From: Pseudomonadota bacterium
GTDB taxonomy: Bacteria; Pseudomonadota; Alphaproteobacteria; Rhizobiales; Rhizobiaceae
Direction: 5' to 3'
Assembly (NCBI GenBank): GCA_023416545.1
Contig: JAEZHO010000253.1
Coordinates: forward strand, 3,049-67,048
DNA length: 64,000 bases
Shown here: positions 36,991-47,926 of the stretch, one piece after another
Numbering within the stretch: the stretch's first letter is position 1
Layout: each line of letters opens with the position of its first letter
The notes under the pieces: model-generated
The model's input: only the letters and a program-made list of their open reading frames with translations
What the model was told of the DNA's origin: nothing
Database searches by the model: none
Made by a program: the position numbers and the translations under genes

Positions 36991-38505
36991 GTGGCAGGGC
37001 CGGAATTCGACATTTTCGTAGTCGGCGGCGGCATCAACGGGTGCGGCATCGCGCGCGATGCGGCGGGCCGCGGATACAAGGTCGCGCTTGCGGAAATGAA
37101 CGATTTCGCCGCCGGCACCTCTTCCGGTTCCACGAAACTCATCCACGGCGGCCTGCGATATCTCGAGCACTACGAGTTCCGCCTCGTGCGCGAAGCCCTG
37201 ATGGAGCGCGAAGTCCTGTGGGCAATGGCGCCCCATATCATCTGGCCGTTGCGGTTCGTACTGCCCTTCCAGAAGGGTGGCGTTCGTCCCGCCTGGCTCA
37301 TCCGCCTCGGCCTCTTTCTCTACGACCACCTCGGCGGACGAAAACTGCTGCCGCCCACCAAGAGCCTGGACATGCGTCGCGATCCTGCCGGATTGCCGCT
37401 GAAGCCGCTTTTCGGGAAGGCATTCGAATATTCGGACGGCTGGGTGGACGACGCCCGGCTGGTGGTGCTCAACGCCCGCGACGCCGCCGACAAGGGTGCC
37501 TTGATCCTTCCCCGGACGAAGGTGATCTCCGCCCGCGGAAAGGACGGCGCCTGGAACGTCGAGGTCGAGGACCGGCAGAGCGGAGCACGGCGCGTGGTGA
37601 CGGCCCGCATGCTGGTCAACGCCGCCGGGCCCTGGGTGGATCACGTGCTTTCCGAGGCCATGGGCGCCAATGGCCGCCCCAGTGTCCGGCTGGTCCAGGG
37701 CAGCCACATCGTCGTGAAGAAGAAGTTCGACGGCCCGCGCGCCTATTTCTTCCAGAACCCCGACAACCGCATCATCTTTGCCATACCGTACGAGCACGAT
37801 TTCACCCTGATCGGAACCACGGACCGCGATTTCCACGGCGATCCGAGGGACGCAAAGATCAGCCAGGAAGAGATCGATTACCTCTGCTCGGCGGCAAGCG
37901 AGTATTTCCGGGAGCCCGTGACGCCCCGCGACATCGTTTGGACCTATTCCGCCGTCCGCCCTCTCTACGACGACGGCGCCTCCAAGGCGCAGGAAGCGAC
38001 CCGCGACTACGTGCTGAAGGTGGAGAACGCCGATGGCGCGCCGCTATTGAACGTGTTCGGCGGCAAGCTGACCACCTATCGGTGCCTGGCCGAGCATGCG
38101 CTGGAAAAGATCGGCGAGACAATCGGGACAAAGGGGCCTGCCTGGACCGCGGGAAGCCACCTGCCGGGCGGGGAATTTCCGGTCTCAGGCTATGACGGGC
38201 AGGTTTCGGCTCTCTTGTCCGCCTACCCCTTCCTCTCGCAGGAACATGCGCGACGCCTCGTTCGCGCCTACGGCACGGCGGCTCATTCCCTGCTGGGAGA
38301 CGCACGGACCGAACGGGACCTCGGCCGCCGCTTCGGTGGCGACCTCTATGCCCGCGAGGTAGACTGGCTGATGATGCGGGAATGGGCGCACAGCGCCGAA
38401 GACGTACTGTGGCGCAGGACCAAGCAGGGACTGCGCCTGTCTCAGGAAGAAGCGGATTTCTTGGAGGAATACATGGCTTCTGTGCCGGCGAGGTCAGTCG
38501 GCTAG
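36991..38505 (+). CDS. glpD: Aerobic glycerol-3-phosphate dehydrogenase
   Basis: GGGINGCG, GTSSGSTKLIHGGLRYLE and GGKLTTYR motifs; GTG start. Confidence 0.96.
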   Translation: MAGPEFDIFVVGGGINGCGIARDAAGRGYKVALAEMNDFAAGTSSGSTKLIHGGLRYLEHYEFRLVREALMEREVLWAMAPHIIWPLRFVLPFQKGGVRPAWLIRLGLFLYDHLGGRKLLPPTKSLDMRRDPAGLPLKPLFGKAFEYSDGWVDDARLVVLNARDAADKGALILPRTKVISARGKDGAWNVEVEDRQSGARRVVTARMLVNAAGPWVDHVLSEAMGANGRPSVRLVQGSHIVVKKKFDGPRAYFFQNPDNRIIFAIPYEHDFTLIGTTDRDFHGDPRDAKISQEEIDYLCSAASEYFREPVTPRDIVWTYSAVRPLYDDGASKAQEATRDYVLKVENADGAPLLNVFGGKLTTYRCLAEHALEKIGETIGTKGPAWTAGSHLPGGEFPVSGYDGQVSALLSAYPFLSQEHARRLVRAYGTAAHSLLGDARTERDLGRRFGGDLYAREVDWLMMREWAHSAEDVLWRRTKQGLRLSQEEADFLEEYMASVPARSVG

Positions 38506-38547
38506 CAGGCATGTGGTTCCCCGCGGAGGAGGAGGCCCGGGAGCCGA

Positions 38548-39630
38548 ATGCTGGAATTGCGCAATGTCGAGAAGGTGGTCGCGGGTGAATACCACATTCA
38601 TCCGACCAGCCTCAGCCTGGAACGGGGAACGCTGAACGTCCTGCTCGGACCGACGCTCTCGGGAAAGACGTCGCTGATGCGCCTGATGGCCGGACTGGAC
38701 GTGCCGACGGGCGGAACCATCCACTTCGACGGCGCCGACGTCACGCGTGTCCGCGTTCAGGACCGTCACGTTGCGATGGTCTACCAGCAGTTCATCAACT
38801 ATCCGGCCATGTCCGTCTACGAGAACATCGCCTCCCCCATGCGCATCGTCGGCAAGGACAGGAAGACGATCGATCGCGAAGTGCATCGGGCGGCCGAACT
38901 CCTGAAACTCACGCCCTATCTCGACCGGACACCGCTCAGCCTGTCGGGCGGACAGCAGCAGCGCACCGCGTTGGCCCGGGCCCTGGTCAAGAATGCGAGC
39001 CTCGTCCTCCTCGACGAACCGCTGGCGAACCTGGACTATAAGCTGCGGGAGGAACTGCGCGAGGAACTGCCCAGGATCTTCGCGCAATGGGGTGCGATCT
39101 TCGTCTATGCCACGACGGAGCCTTCCGAAGCGCTTCTCCTCGGCGGCAATACGGCGACCCTCTCGGAGGGCCGGATAACGCAGTTCGGCGAAACCATCCG
39201 GGTCTACCGCGAACCGGTCGACCTCGTTTCGGCCAAGACCTTCGCGGACCCGCCGCTCAACACCCTCGACGTGACGCGTCGCGGCAAGGACCTCCTCTTC
39301 GGCGACCGGACCATTCTGCCGGTGCCCGCGCATCTGAACTCCATCCCGGACGGACCGGTCACGGTGGCCTTCCATCCGCATCACCTGTCGCTGGAGCCCC
39401 GCCCGTCCAGCGTTCCGCTGACGGCGCGCACGCAGGTATCGGAGATTACAGGCTCGGAAAGCTTCATCCACCTGGAGTTTTCCGGCACGCGGTGGGTGCT
39501 GCTGACGCGCGGCATCCACGACATCGACCCCGACCGGTCGATCGACATTTTCCTGGACACCCGCCACCTGATGGCGTTCGCTCCCGCGAGCGGACGCTCC
39601 TGGGCGGGCCCGGCGCATGAAGGGATGTGA
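38548..39630 (+). CDS. Glycerol ABC transporter ATP-binding protein (GlpS-like)
   Basis: GPTLSGKT and LSGGQQQR motifs; position in glp cluster. Confidence 0.9.
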   Translation: MLELRNVEKVVAGEYHIHPTSLSLERGTLNVLLGPTLSGKTSLMRLMAGLDVPTGGTIHFDGADVTRVRVQDRHVAMVYQQFINYPAMSVYENIASPMRIVGKDRKTIDREVHRAAELLKLTPYLDRTPLSLSGGQQQRTALARALVKNASLVLLDEPLANLDYKLREELREELPRIFAQWGAIFVYATTEPSEALLLGGNTATLSEGRITQFGETIRVYREPVDLVSAKTFADPPLNTLDVTRRGKDLLFGDRTILPVPAHLNSIPDGPVTVAFHPHHLSLEPRPSSVPLTARTQVSEITGSESFIHLEFSGTRWVLLTRGIHDIDPDRSIDIFLDTRHLMAFAPASGRSWAGPAHEGM

Positions 39631-39640
39631 GGGAGCGGAC

Positions 39641-40711
39641 ATGGCACGCATCAGTCTCGATCATATCCGCCACGCCTACGGCCCCCGCGCCGAGGCCGCT
39701 GGCGATTATGCGCTCAAGGAGGTCAACCACGAATGGGCCGACGGCGGTGCCTATGCGCTTCTCGGCCCCTCGGGATGCGGCAAGACCACGCTCCTCAACA
39801 TCATCTCGGGCCTGCTTCATCCCACCGAGGGAAGGATACTCTTCGACGGGAGGGACGTGACGAAGCTCTCGACGCGGGAACGGAATATCGCCCAGGTCTT
39901 CCAGTTCCCGGTGATCTACGACACGATGACCGTCTACGACAACCTGGCCTTTCCCTTGCGCAACCGGCATGTTCCGGAAGCTGAGGTAAGGAAGCGGGTC
40001 GAACACATCCTGGAGATGACCGACCTCGCCGGAATGGCGACGCGCCGCGCGCGCGGCCTGACGGCCGACCAGAAGCAGAAGATCTCGCTCGGCCGTGGCC
40101 TCGTCCGCTCCGACGTCAATGCAATCCTCTTTGACGAGCCCCTCACGGTCATCGATCCGCACATGAAGTGGGTCCTCCGCTCGCAGTTGAAGCGGCTTCA
40201 CCGGCACTCGGGCTTCACCATGGTCTACGTGACGCACGATCAGACCGAGGCCCTGACCTTCGCCGACAAGGTGGTCGTCATGCACGACGGCCAGATCGTC
40301 CAGATCGGCACGCCGGCAGAACTCTTCGAGCGGCCGAGCCACACCTTCGTCGGTTACTTCATCGGCTCGCCCGGCATGAACGTGATGCCCGTCGAGGTCG
40401 AGGGAGCGCGCGCCATGATCGGCGACCAGTCGATCCTGCTCCCCGGCGCTCCCAGGACCGAGGGGGCGCTGCGGCTCGAACTGGGCATTCGTCCCGAATT
40501 CGTGCGGCTCTCGCGCGAAGGCATGCCGATCTCGATCTCCAGGGTCGAGGACACCGGCCGCCAGAAGATCGTGCGGGCGACCTTCTGCGGCCAGCCGATC
40601 GCTGCGGTCGTGCCGGAGGACGAAGAGATCCCCGCCGATCCGAGGGTCGAATTCGATCCGGCCGCAATCGGCATCTTTGCGGATTCATGGCGCGTCGAGA
40701 TGGGAAGCTGA
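39641..40711 (+). CDS. Glycerol ABC transporter ATP-binding protein 2
   Basis: GPSGCGKT, degenerate signature LTADQKQK, YVTHDQ. Confidence 0.9.
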   Translation: MARISLDHIRHAYGPRAEAAGDYALKEVNHEWADGGAYALLGPSGCGKTTLLNIISGLLHPTEGRILFDGRDVTKLSTRERNIAQVFQFPVIYDTMTVYDNLAFPLRNRHVPEAEVRKRVEHILEMTDLAGMATRRARGLTADQKQKISLGRGLVRSDVNAILFDEPLTVIDPHMKWVLRSQLKRLHRHSGFTMVYVTHDQTEALTFADKVVVMHDGQIVQIGTPAELFERPSHTFVGYFIGSPGMNVMPVEVEGARAMIGDQSILLPGAPRTEGALRLELGIRPEFVRLSREGMPISISRVEDTGRQKIVRATFCGQPIAAVVPEDEEIPADPRVEFDPAAIGIFADSWRVEMGS

Positions 40712-40713
40712 GC

Positions 40714-41580
40714 ATGGAAAAGACATGGAACAACCGAGCCTGGTTCCTGGTCCTCCCGGTCCTGCTGCTCGTTGCCTTCTCGGCGGTCGTGCCCCTGATG
40801 ACGGTGGTGAACTACTCGGTCCAGGACACGTTCGGCAACAATGCCTTCTTCTGGGCCGGCACCGACTGGTTCGTCGAGATCCTGGAATCGGATCGCTTCT
40901 GGGACGCGCTGCTGCGAAACCTCATCTTCTCGCTCGTAATCCTCGCAATCGAGATACCGCTTGGGATCTTCATCGCCCTCCACATGCCGAAGCAAGGCAT
41001 CGGCGTACCGGTCTGCCTGGTCCTGATGGCATTGCCGCTGCTCATCCCCTGGAACGTCGTCGGCACGATCTGGCAGGTGTTCGGGAGGGTCGATATCGGC
41101 TTCCTTGGCCATTACCTCCGGGTCCTCGGCGTCGACTACAACTATACGCAGGACCCGGTGGACGCCTGGGCCACGGTCATCGTCATGGATGTCTGGCACT
41201 GGACGAGCCTCGTCGTCCTGCTCTGCTATGCCGGCCTCGTCTCGATCCCCGATGCCTACTATCAGGCCGCACAGATCGACGGCGCCTCCCGCTGGTCGGT
41301 CTTCCGCTACATCCAGCTTCCGAAGATGAAGCGCGTGCTGCTGATCGCCGTTCTCCTGCGCTTCATGGACTCCTTCATGATCTACACCGAACCCTTCGTG
41401 GTCACCGGCGGCGGGCCCGGGAACTCGACGACGTTCCTGTCGATAGACCTGGTGAAGATGGCGATCGGCCAGTTCGATCTCGGCCCGGCTGCCGCCATGT
41501 CGATCATCTACTTCCTGATCATCCTGCTGCTGTCATGGGTCTTCTATACCGTCATGACCAGCCAGGACGCGCAGCGATAG
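40714..41580 (+). CDS. Carbohydrate (glycerol) ABC transporter permease
   Basis: YQAAQIDGAS EAA-like loop and TGGGPG motif. Confidence 0.92.
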   Translation: MEKTWNNRAWFLVLPVLLLVAFSAVVPLMTVVNYSVQDTFGNNAFFWAGTDWFVEILESDRFWDALLRNLIFSLVILAIEIPLGIFIALHMPKQGIGVPVCLVLMALPLLIPWNVVGTIWQVFGRVDIGFLGHYLRVLGVDYNYTQDPVDAWATVIVMDVWHWTSLVVLLCYAGLVSIPDAYYQAAQIDGASRWSVFRYIQLPKMKRVLLIAVLLRFMDSFMIYTEPFVVTGGGPGNSTTFLSIDLVKMAIGQFDLGPAAAMSIIYFLIILLLSWVFYTVMTSQDAQR

Positions 41581-41590
41581 GGGGCCCGAA

Positions 41591-42406
41591 ATGAGCGCAG
41601 ACATCAAGCCACGCTGGGCCTTCATCGTCCCGACCGTCTACATCGTCTTCCTCATCCTGCCGATCTACTGGCTGGCCAACATGAGCTTCAAGACGAATGC
41701 CGAAATCCTCGGGCCCTTCTCGCTCTGGCCGCAAGCTCCGACGCTCCGCAACTACATGGTGATCTTCACCGATCCATCCTGGTACAACGGCTATATCAAC
41801 TCGATCATCTACGTGGTCCTGAACACCATCATCTCGGTGACCGCCGCCCTTCCCGCCGCCTACGCCTTCTCTCGCTACCGGTTTCTCGGGGACAAGCACC
41901 TGTTCTTCTGGCTCCTGACGAACCGCATGGCGCCGCCGGCGGTCTTCGCGCTGCCGTTCTTCCAGCTCTATTCCGCCTTCGGCCTGATCGACACCCATAT
42001 CGCCGTCGCCATCGCCCAGTGCCTCTTCAACGTGCCCCTTGCGGTGTGGATCCTCGAAGGCTTCATGTCCGGCGTTCCCAAGGAGATCGACGAAACGGCC
42101 TATATCGACGGCTATTCCTTCCCGCGCTTCTTCGTGAAGATATTCATGCCGCTGATCGCAAGCGGCATCGGGGTGGCGGCCTTCTTCTGCTTCATGTTCT
42201 CCTGGGTCGAACTGCTGATCGCCCGCACGCTGACGACGACCGACGCCAAGCCCATCGCCGCGACGATGACCCGCACGGTTTCCGCCTCGGGCCTGGACTG
42301 GGGCGTCCTCGCGGCGGCCGGCGTGCTGACGATCATCCCGGGCGCGCTGGTCATCTATTTCGTTCGCAACTACATCGCCAAGGGCTTCGCCCTGGGGAGG
42401 GTCTGA
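41591..42406 (+). CDS. Carbohydrate (glycerol) ABC transporter permease
   Basis: DETAYIDG EAA-like loop; about 6 TM helices. Confidence 0.92.
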   Translation: MSADIKPRWAFIVPTVYIVFLILPIYWLANMSFKTNAEILGPFSLWPQAPTLRNYMVIFTDPSWYNGYINSIIYVVLNTIISVTAALPAAYAFSRYRFLGDKHLFFWLLTNRMAPPAVFALPFFQLYSAFGLIDTHIAVAIAQCLFNVPLAVWILEGFMSGVPKEIDETAYIDGYSFPRFFVKIFMPLIASGIGVAAFFCFMFSWVELLIARTLTTTDAKPIAATMTRTVSASGLDWGVLAAAGVLTIIPGALVIYFVRNYIAKGFALGRV

Positions 42407-42828
42407 TGTCGAAAGCCGTCGCTCATCGAGGCCGCCGCTGGCCCGTCGCCCTGGGGGGCGTGCTCCTCGTTTACGCGGCCGCCGCAACGTCGCTCGCCAT
42501 GTCGCTTCCCGTAAAGGATGGAGCGCGTGACTGGTCGGCGCCGCTCATCCCGGGCGGATGGATGGCCTGGTCGTTTCCGACCGCGATGTTCTTCCTGACG
42601 ATCTTTGCGCTGCTCGCGCTGATGGCGGTCTGGGAATATGCGCGCCCCGGCGGAAATCCCCGCTTCGGCCTTCTTGGCTTCGAGACCACGCGGGGCGACC
42701 GGCTGTTCATCGCGCTGCTCGGAGCGGCCTTCATTCACCTCGCATGGCTGGGGCTCACGGACCTCAGCCTGTGGTGGGCTCTTGTCATCAGCATTCTCTA
42801 CGCGGTCGTCGTGTTCAGGACGGTCTGA
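42406..42828 (+). CDS. DUF2160 small membrane protein (GlpU-like)
   Basis: WMAWS and ETTRGDRLFI motifs; TGATG coupling. Confidence 0.82.
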   Translation: MSKAVAHRGRRWPVALGGVLLVYAAAATSLAMSLPVKDGARDWSAPLIPGGWMAWSFPTAMFFLTIFALLALMAVWEYARPGGNPRFGLLGFETTRGDRLFIALLGAAFIHLAWLGLTDLSLWWALVISILYAVVVFRTV

Positions 42829-42902
42829 GGCAAGCAATACGGAGACGGAAAGCCCCGCCTCCGCGCATGACCGAGTGCAATCGCAACCCATGGGAGGATG
42901 AC

Positions 42903-44627
42903 ATGCGAGCGCATCTTATGACGACGACGGCAGCGCTGCTGCTTGCAATGACAGGGCATGCCTTCGCCGGAATGGAAGAGGCAAGACAGTTCCTCGACGC
43001 CGAAATCGGCGACATGTCCTCGCTCTCGCGCGCGGACCAGGAAAAGGAAATGCAGTGGTTCGTCGATGCGGCCCAGCCCTTCGCGGGGATGGACATCAAG
43101 GTCGTCTCGGAAACCATCACCACGCATGAATACGAGTCCAAGGTACTCGCACCGGCATTCACCGCCATTACCGGCATCAAGATCAGCCACGACCTGATCG
43201 GCGAGGGCGATGTCGTCGAGAAGCTGCAGACCCAGATGCAGTCCGGTGAAAACGTCTACGACGCCTATGTCAACGACTCCGACCTCATCGGCACCCATTG
43301 GCGCTACCAGCAGGCACGCTCGCTGACCGACTGGATGGCGAACGAAGGCAAGGACGTTACCAATCCCATGCTGGACCTGGATGACTTCATCGGCCTGAAG
43401 TTCACGACCGCGCCGGACGGCGACCTCTACCAGTTGCCGGACCAGCAGTTCGCCAACCTCTACTGGTTCCGCTACGACTGGTTCAACGACGAGAAGAACA
43501 AGGCCGACTTCAAGGCGAAGTACGGCTACGACCTCGGCGTTCCGGTCAACTGGTCCGCCTATGAGGACATTGCCGAATTCTTCACCGGCCGCGAGCTCGA
43601 CGGCAAGAAGGTCTACGGCCACATGGACTACGGCAAGAAGGACCCGTCGCTCGGATGGCGGTTCACCGATGCCTGGCTCTCGATGGCCGGCAACGGCGAC
43701 AAGGGCCTGCCGAACGGCCTTCCGGTCGACGAATGGGGCATCAAGGTCGATGAAAACTCCCGTCCGGTGGGCTCATGCGTCGCGCGCGGCGGCGATACCA
43801 ACGGCCCGGCATCTGTCTATGCCATCCAGAAATACCTGGACTGGATGAAGGCCTATGCCCCGGCAGCCGCCGCCGGCATGACCTTCTCTGAATCGGGCCC
43901 CGTCCCCTCGCAGGGCGACGTCGCCCAGCAGATGTTCACCTACACCGCCTTCACCGCCGACTTCGTGAAGGACGGCCTGCCGGTGGTCAACGAGGACGGC
44001 ACCCCGAAATGGCGCTTCGCCCCGAGCCCGCACGGCGTCTACTGGAAGGACGGCATGAAGCTCGGCTACCAGGACGTCGGATCGTGGACGCTGCTCAAGT
44101 CCACACCGGACGACCGCGCAAAGGCGGCATGGCTCTATGCCCAGTTCGTGGTCTCCAAGACCGTCGACGTGAAGAAGAGCCATGTCGGGCTGACCCTGAT
44201 CCGGGATTCCTCGATCAACCACGATTCCTTCACGGAACGTGCGCCGAAGCTCGGCGGCCTGATCGAGTTCTACCGCTCGCCGGCCCGTGTCCAGTGGTCG
44301 CCGACAGGCACCAACATCCCTGATTATCCCAAGCTGGCGCAGCTCTGGTGGCAGGCGATCGGTGACGCATCCTCGGGTGCAAAGACTGCCCAGGAAGCCA
44401 TGGATTCGCTTTGCGAGGAACAGGAGAAGGTGCTGGAGCGCCTCGAACGCGCCGGTGTCCAGGGTGATATCGGCCCGAAGCTCGCCGAGGAGCATGATCT
44501 CGACTACTGGCACAAGGACGCGGTCGCCAAGGGCAACCTTGCACCGCAGCCGGCCGTCGAGAACGAGAAGGAACAGCCCGTCACCGTCAACTATGACGAA
44601 CTGGTGAAGAGCTGGCAGAAGCAATGA
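42903..44627 (+). CDS. Glycerol ABC transporter substrate-binding protein (GlpV-like)
   Basis: Signal peptide; VVSETITTHEYE and QLPDQQFANLYW motifs; GGAGG RBS. Confidence 0.9.
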   Translation: MRAHLMTTTAALLLAMTGHAFAGMEEARQFLDAEIGDMSSLSRADQEKEMQWFVDAAQPFAGMDIKVVSETITTHEYESKVLAPAFTAITGIKISHDLIGEGDVVEKLQTQMQSGENVYDAYVNDSDLIGTHWRYQQARSLTDWMANEGKDVTNPMLDLDDFIGLKFTTAPDGDLYQLPDQQFANLYWFRYDWFNDEKNKADFKAKYGYDLGVPVNWSAYEDIAEFFTGRELDGKKVYGHMDYGKKDPSLGWRFTDAWLSMAGNGDKGLPNGLPVDEWGIKVDENSRPVGSCVARGGDTNGPASVYAIQKYLDWMKAYAPAAAAGMTFSESGPVPSQGDVAQQMFTYTAFTADFVKDGLPVVNEDGTPKWRFAPSPHGVYWKDGMKLGYQDVGSWTLLKSTPDDRAKAAWLYAQFVVSKTVDVKKSHVGLTLIRDSSINHDSFTERAPKLGGLIEFYRSPARVQWSPTGTNIPDYPKLAQLWWQAIGDASSGAKTAQEAMDSLCEEQEKVLERLERAGVQGDIGPKLAEEHDLDYWHKDAVAKGNLAPQPAVENEKEQPVTVNYDELVKSWQKQ

Positions 44628-44634
44628 GTGATCC

Positions 44635-44663
44635 CGGGGGCCGGCTTGACCGGCCTCCGTTTT
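44635..44663 (+). terminator. Rho-independent terminator ending the glp operon
   Basis: CGGGGGCCGG-CTTGA-CCGGCCTCCG then TTTT. Confidence 0.7.
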
Positions 44664-44678
44664 CTCCGGCGACCGGAG

Positions 44679-45500
<822 letters not shown>

Positions 45501-45644
45501 TGCCGATCCGTTTCGCTCTGACATCGCCATCCTGCTTAAGCGGCGGATCCGCATCATGCAATCCCGCTCGCGGCTCACTCCGCCGGGACCGCATCGGTGA
45601 CACCGCACGCGCGTCGCCAACGCGCCTTCGCATCGATCACCGCA

Positions 45645-45669
45645 GGAACCGATGGCCGGTTGCGGGGTT
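45645..45669 (+). promoter_or_regulatory. Putative EcfG/RpoE2 promoter
   Basis: GGAAC-N16-GGTT, 27 nt upstream of ATG 45697. Confidence 0.78.
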
Positions 45670-45696
45670 CTTCGAACTGGTAAAAGGAGACCCGCA

Positions 45697-46176
45697 ATGA
45701 CCAATCAAGACGATACCGCGAAGGTATGGGACCTCATGGACAAGATCGGCTTCTGCATGCTGGCGACGCATGACGGCCGGGACATTCGTTCGCGGCCGAT
45801 GTCCGCCTACACGAAGAAGGAGGATGGCGCGATTTACTTCCTGACGGACGTCGCCAGCCACAAGGACGAGGAAGTTTCCCGCTCGCCGAACGTCTGCCTT
45901 TCGTTCGCAGAGCCGAAGGGCCAGAAATATGTTTCGGTTTCAGGCACGGCGGAAGTCTCCAATGACCGTGAGCTGATCCGCGAGATCTGGTCAACGCCCG
46001 CCAAGGCCTGGTGGGACAGCCCCGACGATCCGTCGGTCCGCGTGCTGAAGATCAATCCTTCGTTCGCCGAGTTCTGGGACAGCCCGGGCACCGTGGTAAG
46101 TTATATCAAGATGGCTGCGGCCGCGGTATCGAGCGCCAAGCCGGAGATCGGCGAAAACGAGAAGGTACAGCTGTAG
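45697..46176 (+). CDS. Pyridoxamine 5'-phosphate oxidase-like FMN-binding general stress protein
   Basis: CMLAT, RSRPM, YVSVSG and AEFWDSP motifs; AAGGAG RBS. Confidence 0.88.
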   Translation: MTNQDDTAKVWDLMDKIGFCMLATHDGRDIRSRPMSAYTKKEDGAIYFLTDVASHKDEEVSRSPNVCLSFAEPKGQKYVSVSGTAEVSNDRELIREIWSTPAKAWWDSPDDPSVRVLKINPSFAEFWDSPGTVVSYIKMAAAAVSSAKPEIGENEKVQL

Positions 46177-46251
46177 CACCCTCCCCTTCCGGCCGGCGGC
46201 GCCAGCCATCGCCGGCCGGAAGCGCTCCTCGCATTTTCTCTTATTTTTCCT

Positions 46252-46276
46252 GCAACCATCACCAACCTGTCGCGTT
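46252..46276 (+). promoter_or_regulatory. Putative EcfG/RpoE2 promoter (one mismatch)
   Basis: GCAAC-N16-CGTT, 27 nt upstream of the DUF982 gene. Confidence 0.55.
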
Positions 46277-46303
46277 CATCTGCCCGGAATTCAGGGTATC
46301 GAA

Positions 46304-46573
46304 ATGAACATGATGATCACCACCAGCGACATCCGCTGGCCTTCTCCCGTCCGTGTCCGCGTCGGCTACGGATTTCCGGAAACGATCAGGGGACCGCGCG
46401 AGGCCCTCGCCTATCTCGACTTCCGATGGCCCGCCATCTACGGCGAGTGCTACCGCCAGGCCAAGGAAGCGTGCACCGTCGCGCTCGCCGATGCTCGACA
46501 AGCCGAAACCGCGCGAAGGGCATTCCTGGACGCATGCGTCGAAGCCCAAATGCTGGATGAAGCCGCCGCCTGA
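46304..46573 (+). CDS. DUF982 domain protein
   Basis: WPSPVRV, EALAYLDFRWP and ARRAFLDACVEA motifs. Confidence 0.85.
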   Translation: MNMMITTSDIRWPSPVRVRVGYGFPETIRGPREALAYLDFRWPAIYGECYRQAKEACTVALADARQAETARRAFLDACVEAQMLDEAAA

Positions 46574-46586
46574 AGGGTGGCGCTAC

Positions 46587-46623
46587 AAAAGAAAAATGCC
46601 GCAACGGAGAACCGCTGCGGCAT
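46587..46623 (-). terminator. Rho-independent terminator
   Basis: ATGCCGCAACGG-AGAA-CCGCTGCGGCAT preceded by an A-tract on + (U-tract on -). Confidence 0.7.
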
Positions 46624-46646
46624 CGGATAGTCAAGCAGGAAGACGA

Positions 46647-47888
46647 TCAGGAGAAGTCGAGCGGTCGCTCGCCCTGTTCGTCGCGGATCCAGGTCGGCAG
46701 GCCGATATGGTTGAGGATGTTCAGGAACGGCCTGGGCGGCAGTTCCTCGACATTCGCCATCTTCTTCACGTCCCACTCGCCGGTGGCGACCAGCATGGCG
46801 GCGGCGACAGGGGGAACGCCGGCGGTGTAGGAAATGCCCTGGCTGCCGACTTCGTTATAGGCTTCCTTGTGGTCGGCCACGTTGTAGATGAAGACGGTCC
46901 GTTCCTTGCCGTCCTTGATCCCCTTCACGAAGTCGCCGATGCAGGTCTTGCCTTCGTAGTTCGGGGCAAGCGAGGCGGGATCCGGCAGGCAGGCCTTGAC
47001 CACCTTCAGCGGCACGACTTCCGAACCGTCCGCAAGCTTTACCGGCTGCTCCGACAGAAGGCCGATGTTCTTCAGGACTGTGAAGACGTTGATGTAGTGG
47101 TCGCCAAAGCCCATCCAGAAGCGGACGTCCGCGCCATCCATGTTCTTGGCCAGCGAATGGACTTCGTCATGGCCGCAGAGGTAGGCGCGGCGCGTCCCGA
47201 CGACCGGCAGGTCGTAGTCCTTGCCGATCTCGAACATCTTGTTGACCTTCCACTCGCCGCCCTGCCAGGAGTAGACGACGCCGGTGAACTCGCGGAAGTT
47301 GATTTCCGGGTCGAAGTTCGTGGCGAAGTACTTGCCATGGCTTCCGGCGTTGATATCGACGATATCGACGTCCGTGACCTTGTCGAGATACTCGTCCTTC
47401 GCAAGGCGCGCATAGGCGTTGACGACACCCGGATCGAAGCCGGCGCCGAGGATGGCGGTAATGCCCTTCTCCTCGCATTCGGCCGCGCGCTTCCACTCGT
47501 AGTTGCCGTACCACGGCGGCGTTTCACAGATCTTGTTCGGCTCTTCGTGGATGGCGGTGTCGATATAGGCGACGCCCGTGTCGATGCAGGCGCGCAGCAC
47601 GGACATGTTGAGGAAGGCCGTGCCGACATTGATGACGATCTCGGACTTGGTCTTGCGGATCAGGTCCTTCGTCGCCTCGATGTCGAGAGCGTCGAGCGCA
47701 TGCGCCTCGAGGACGCCGGGCTGCTTCATCGCCTTCTTCTCATTCACCGAGGCGATGATTGCGTCGCACTTTGCCTTCGTGCGCGACGCGATGTGGATAT
47801 CGCCCAACACGTCGTTGTTCTGGGCGCACTTGTGCGCCACCACCTGGGCGACGCCACCGGCACCGATGATGAGGACGTTCTTTTTCAT
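46647..47888 (-). CDS. Carboxy(nor)spermidine dehydrogenase (saccharopine dehydrogenase family)
   Basis: IIGAGGVAQVVAHKCAQ, GFDPG, FATNFDPEIN and SYTAGVP motifs; adjacent to nspC. Confidence 0.92.
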   Translation of the reverse strand: MKKNVLIIGAGGVAQVVAHKCAQNNDVLGDIHIASRTKAKCDAIIASVNEKKAMKQPGVLEAHALDALDIEATKDLIRKTKSEIVINVGTAFLNMSVLRACIDTGVAYIDTAIHEEPNKICETPPWYGNYEWKRAAECEEKGITAILGAGFDPGVVNAYARLAKDEYLDKVTDVDIVDINAGSHGKYFATNFDPEINFREFTGVVYSWQGGEWKVNKMFEIGKDYDLPVVGTRRAYLCGHDEVHSLAKNMDGADVRFWMGFGDHYINVFTVLKNIGLLSEQPVKLADGSEVVPLKVVKACLPDPASLAPNYEGKTCIGDFVKGIKDGKERTVFIYNVADHKEAYNEVGSQGISYTAGVPPVAAAMLVATGEWDVKKMANVEELPPRPFLNILNHIGLPTWIRDEQGERPLDFS

Positions 47889-47926
47889 AATGGGGACCAA
47901 CTCCTTGTGTCCAATCGTCAGAAGCC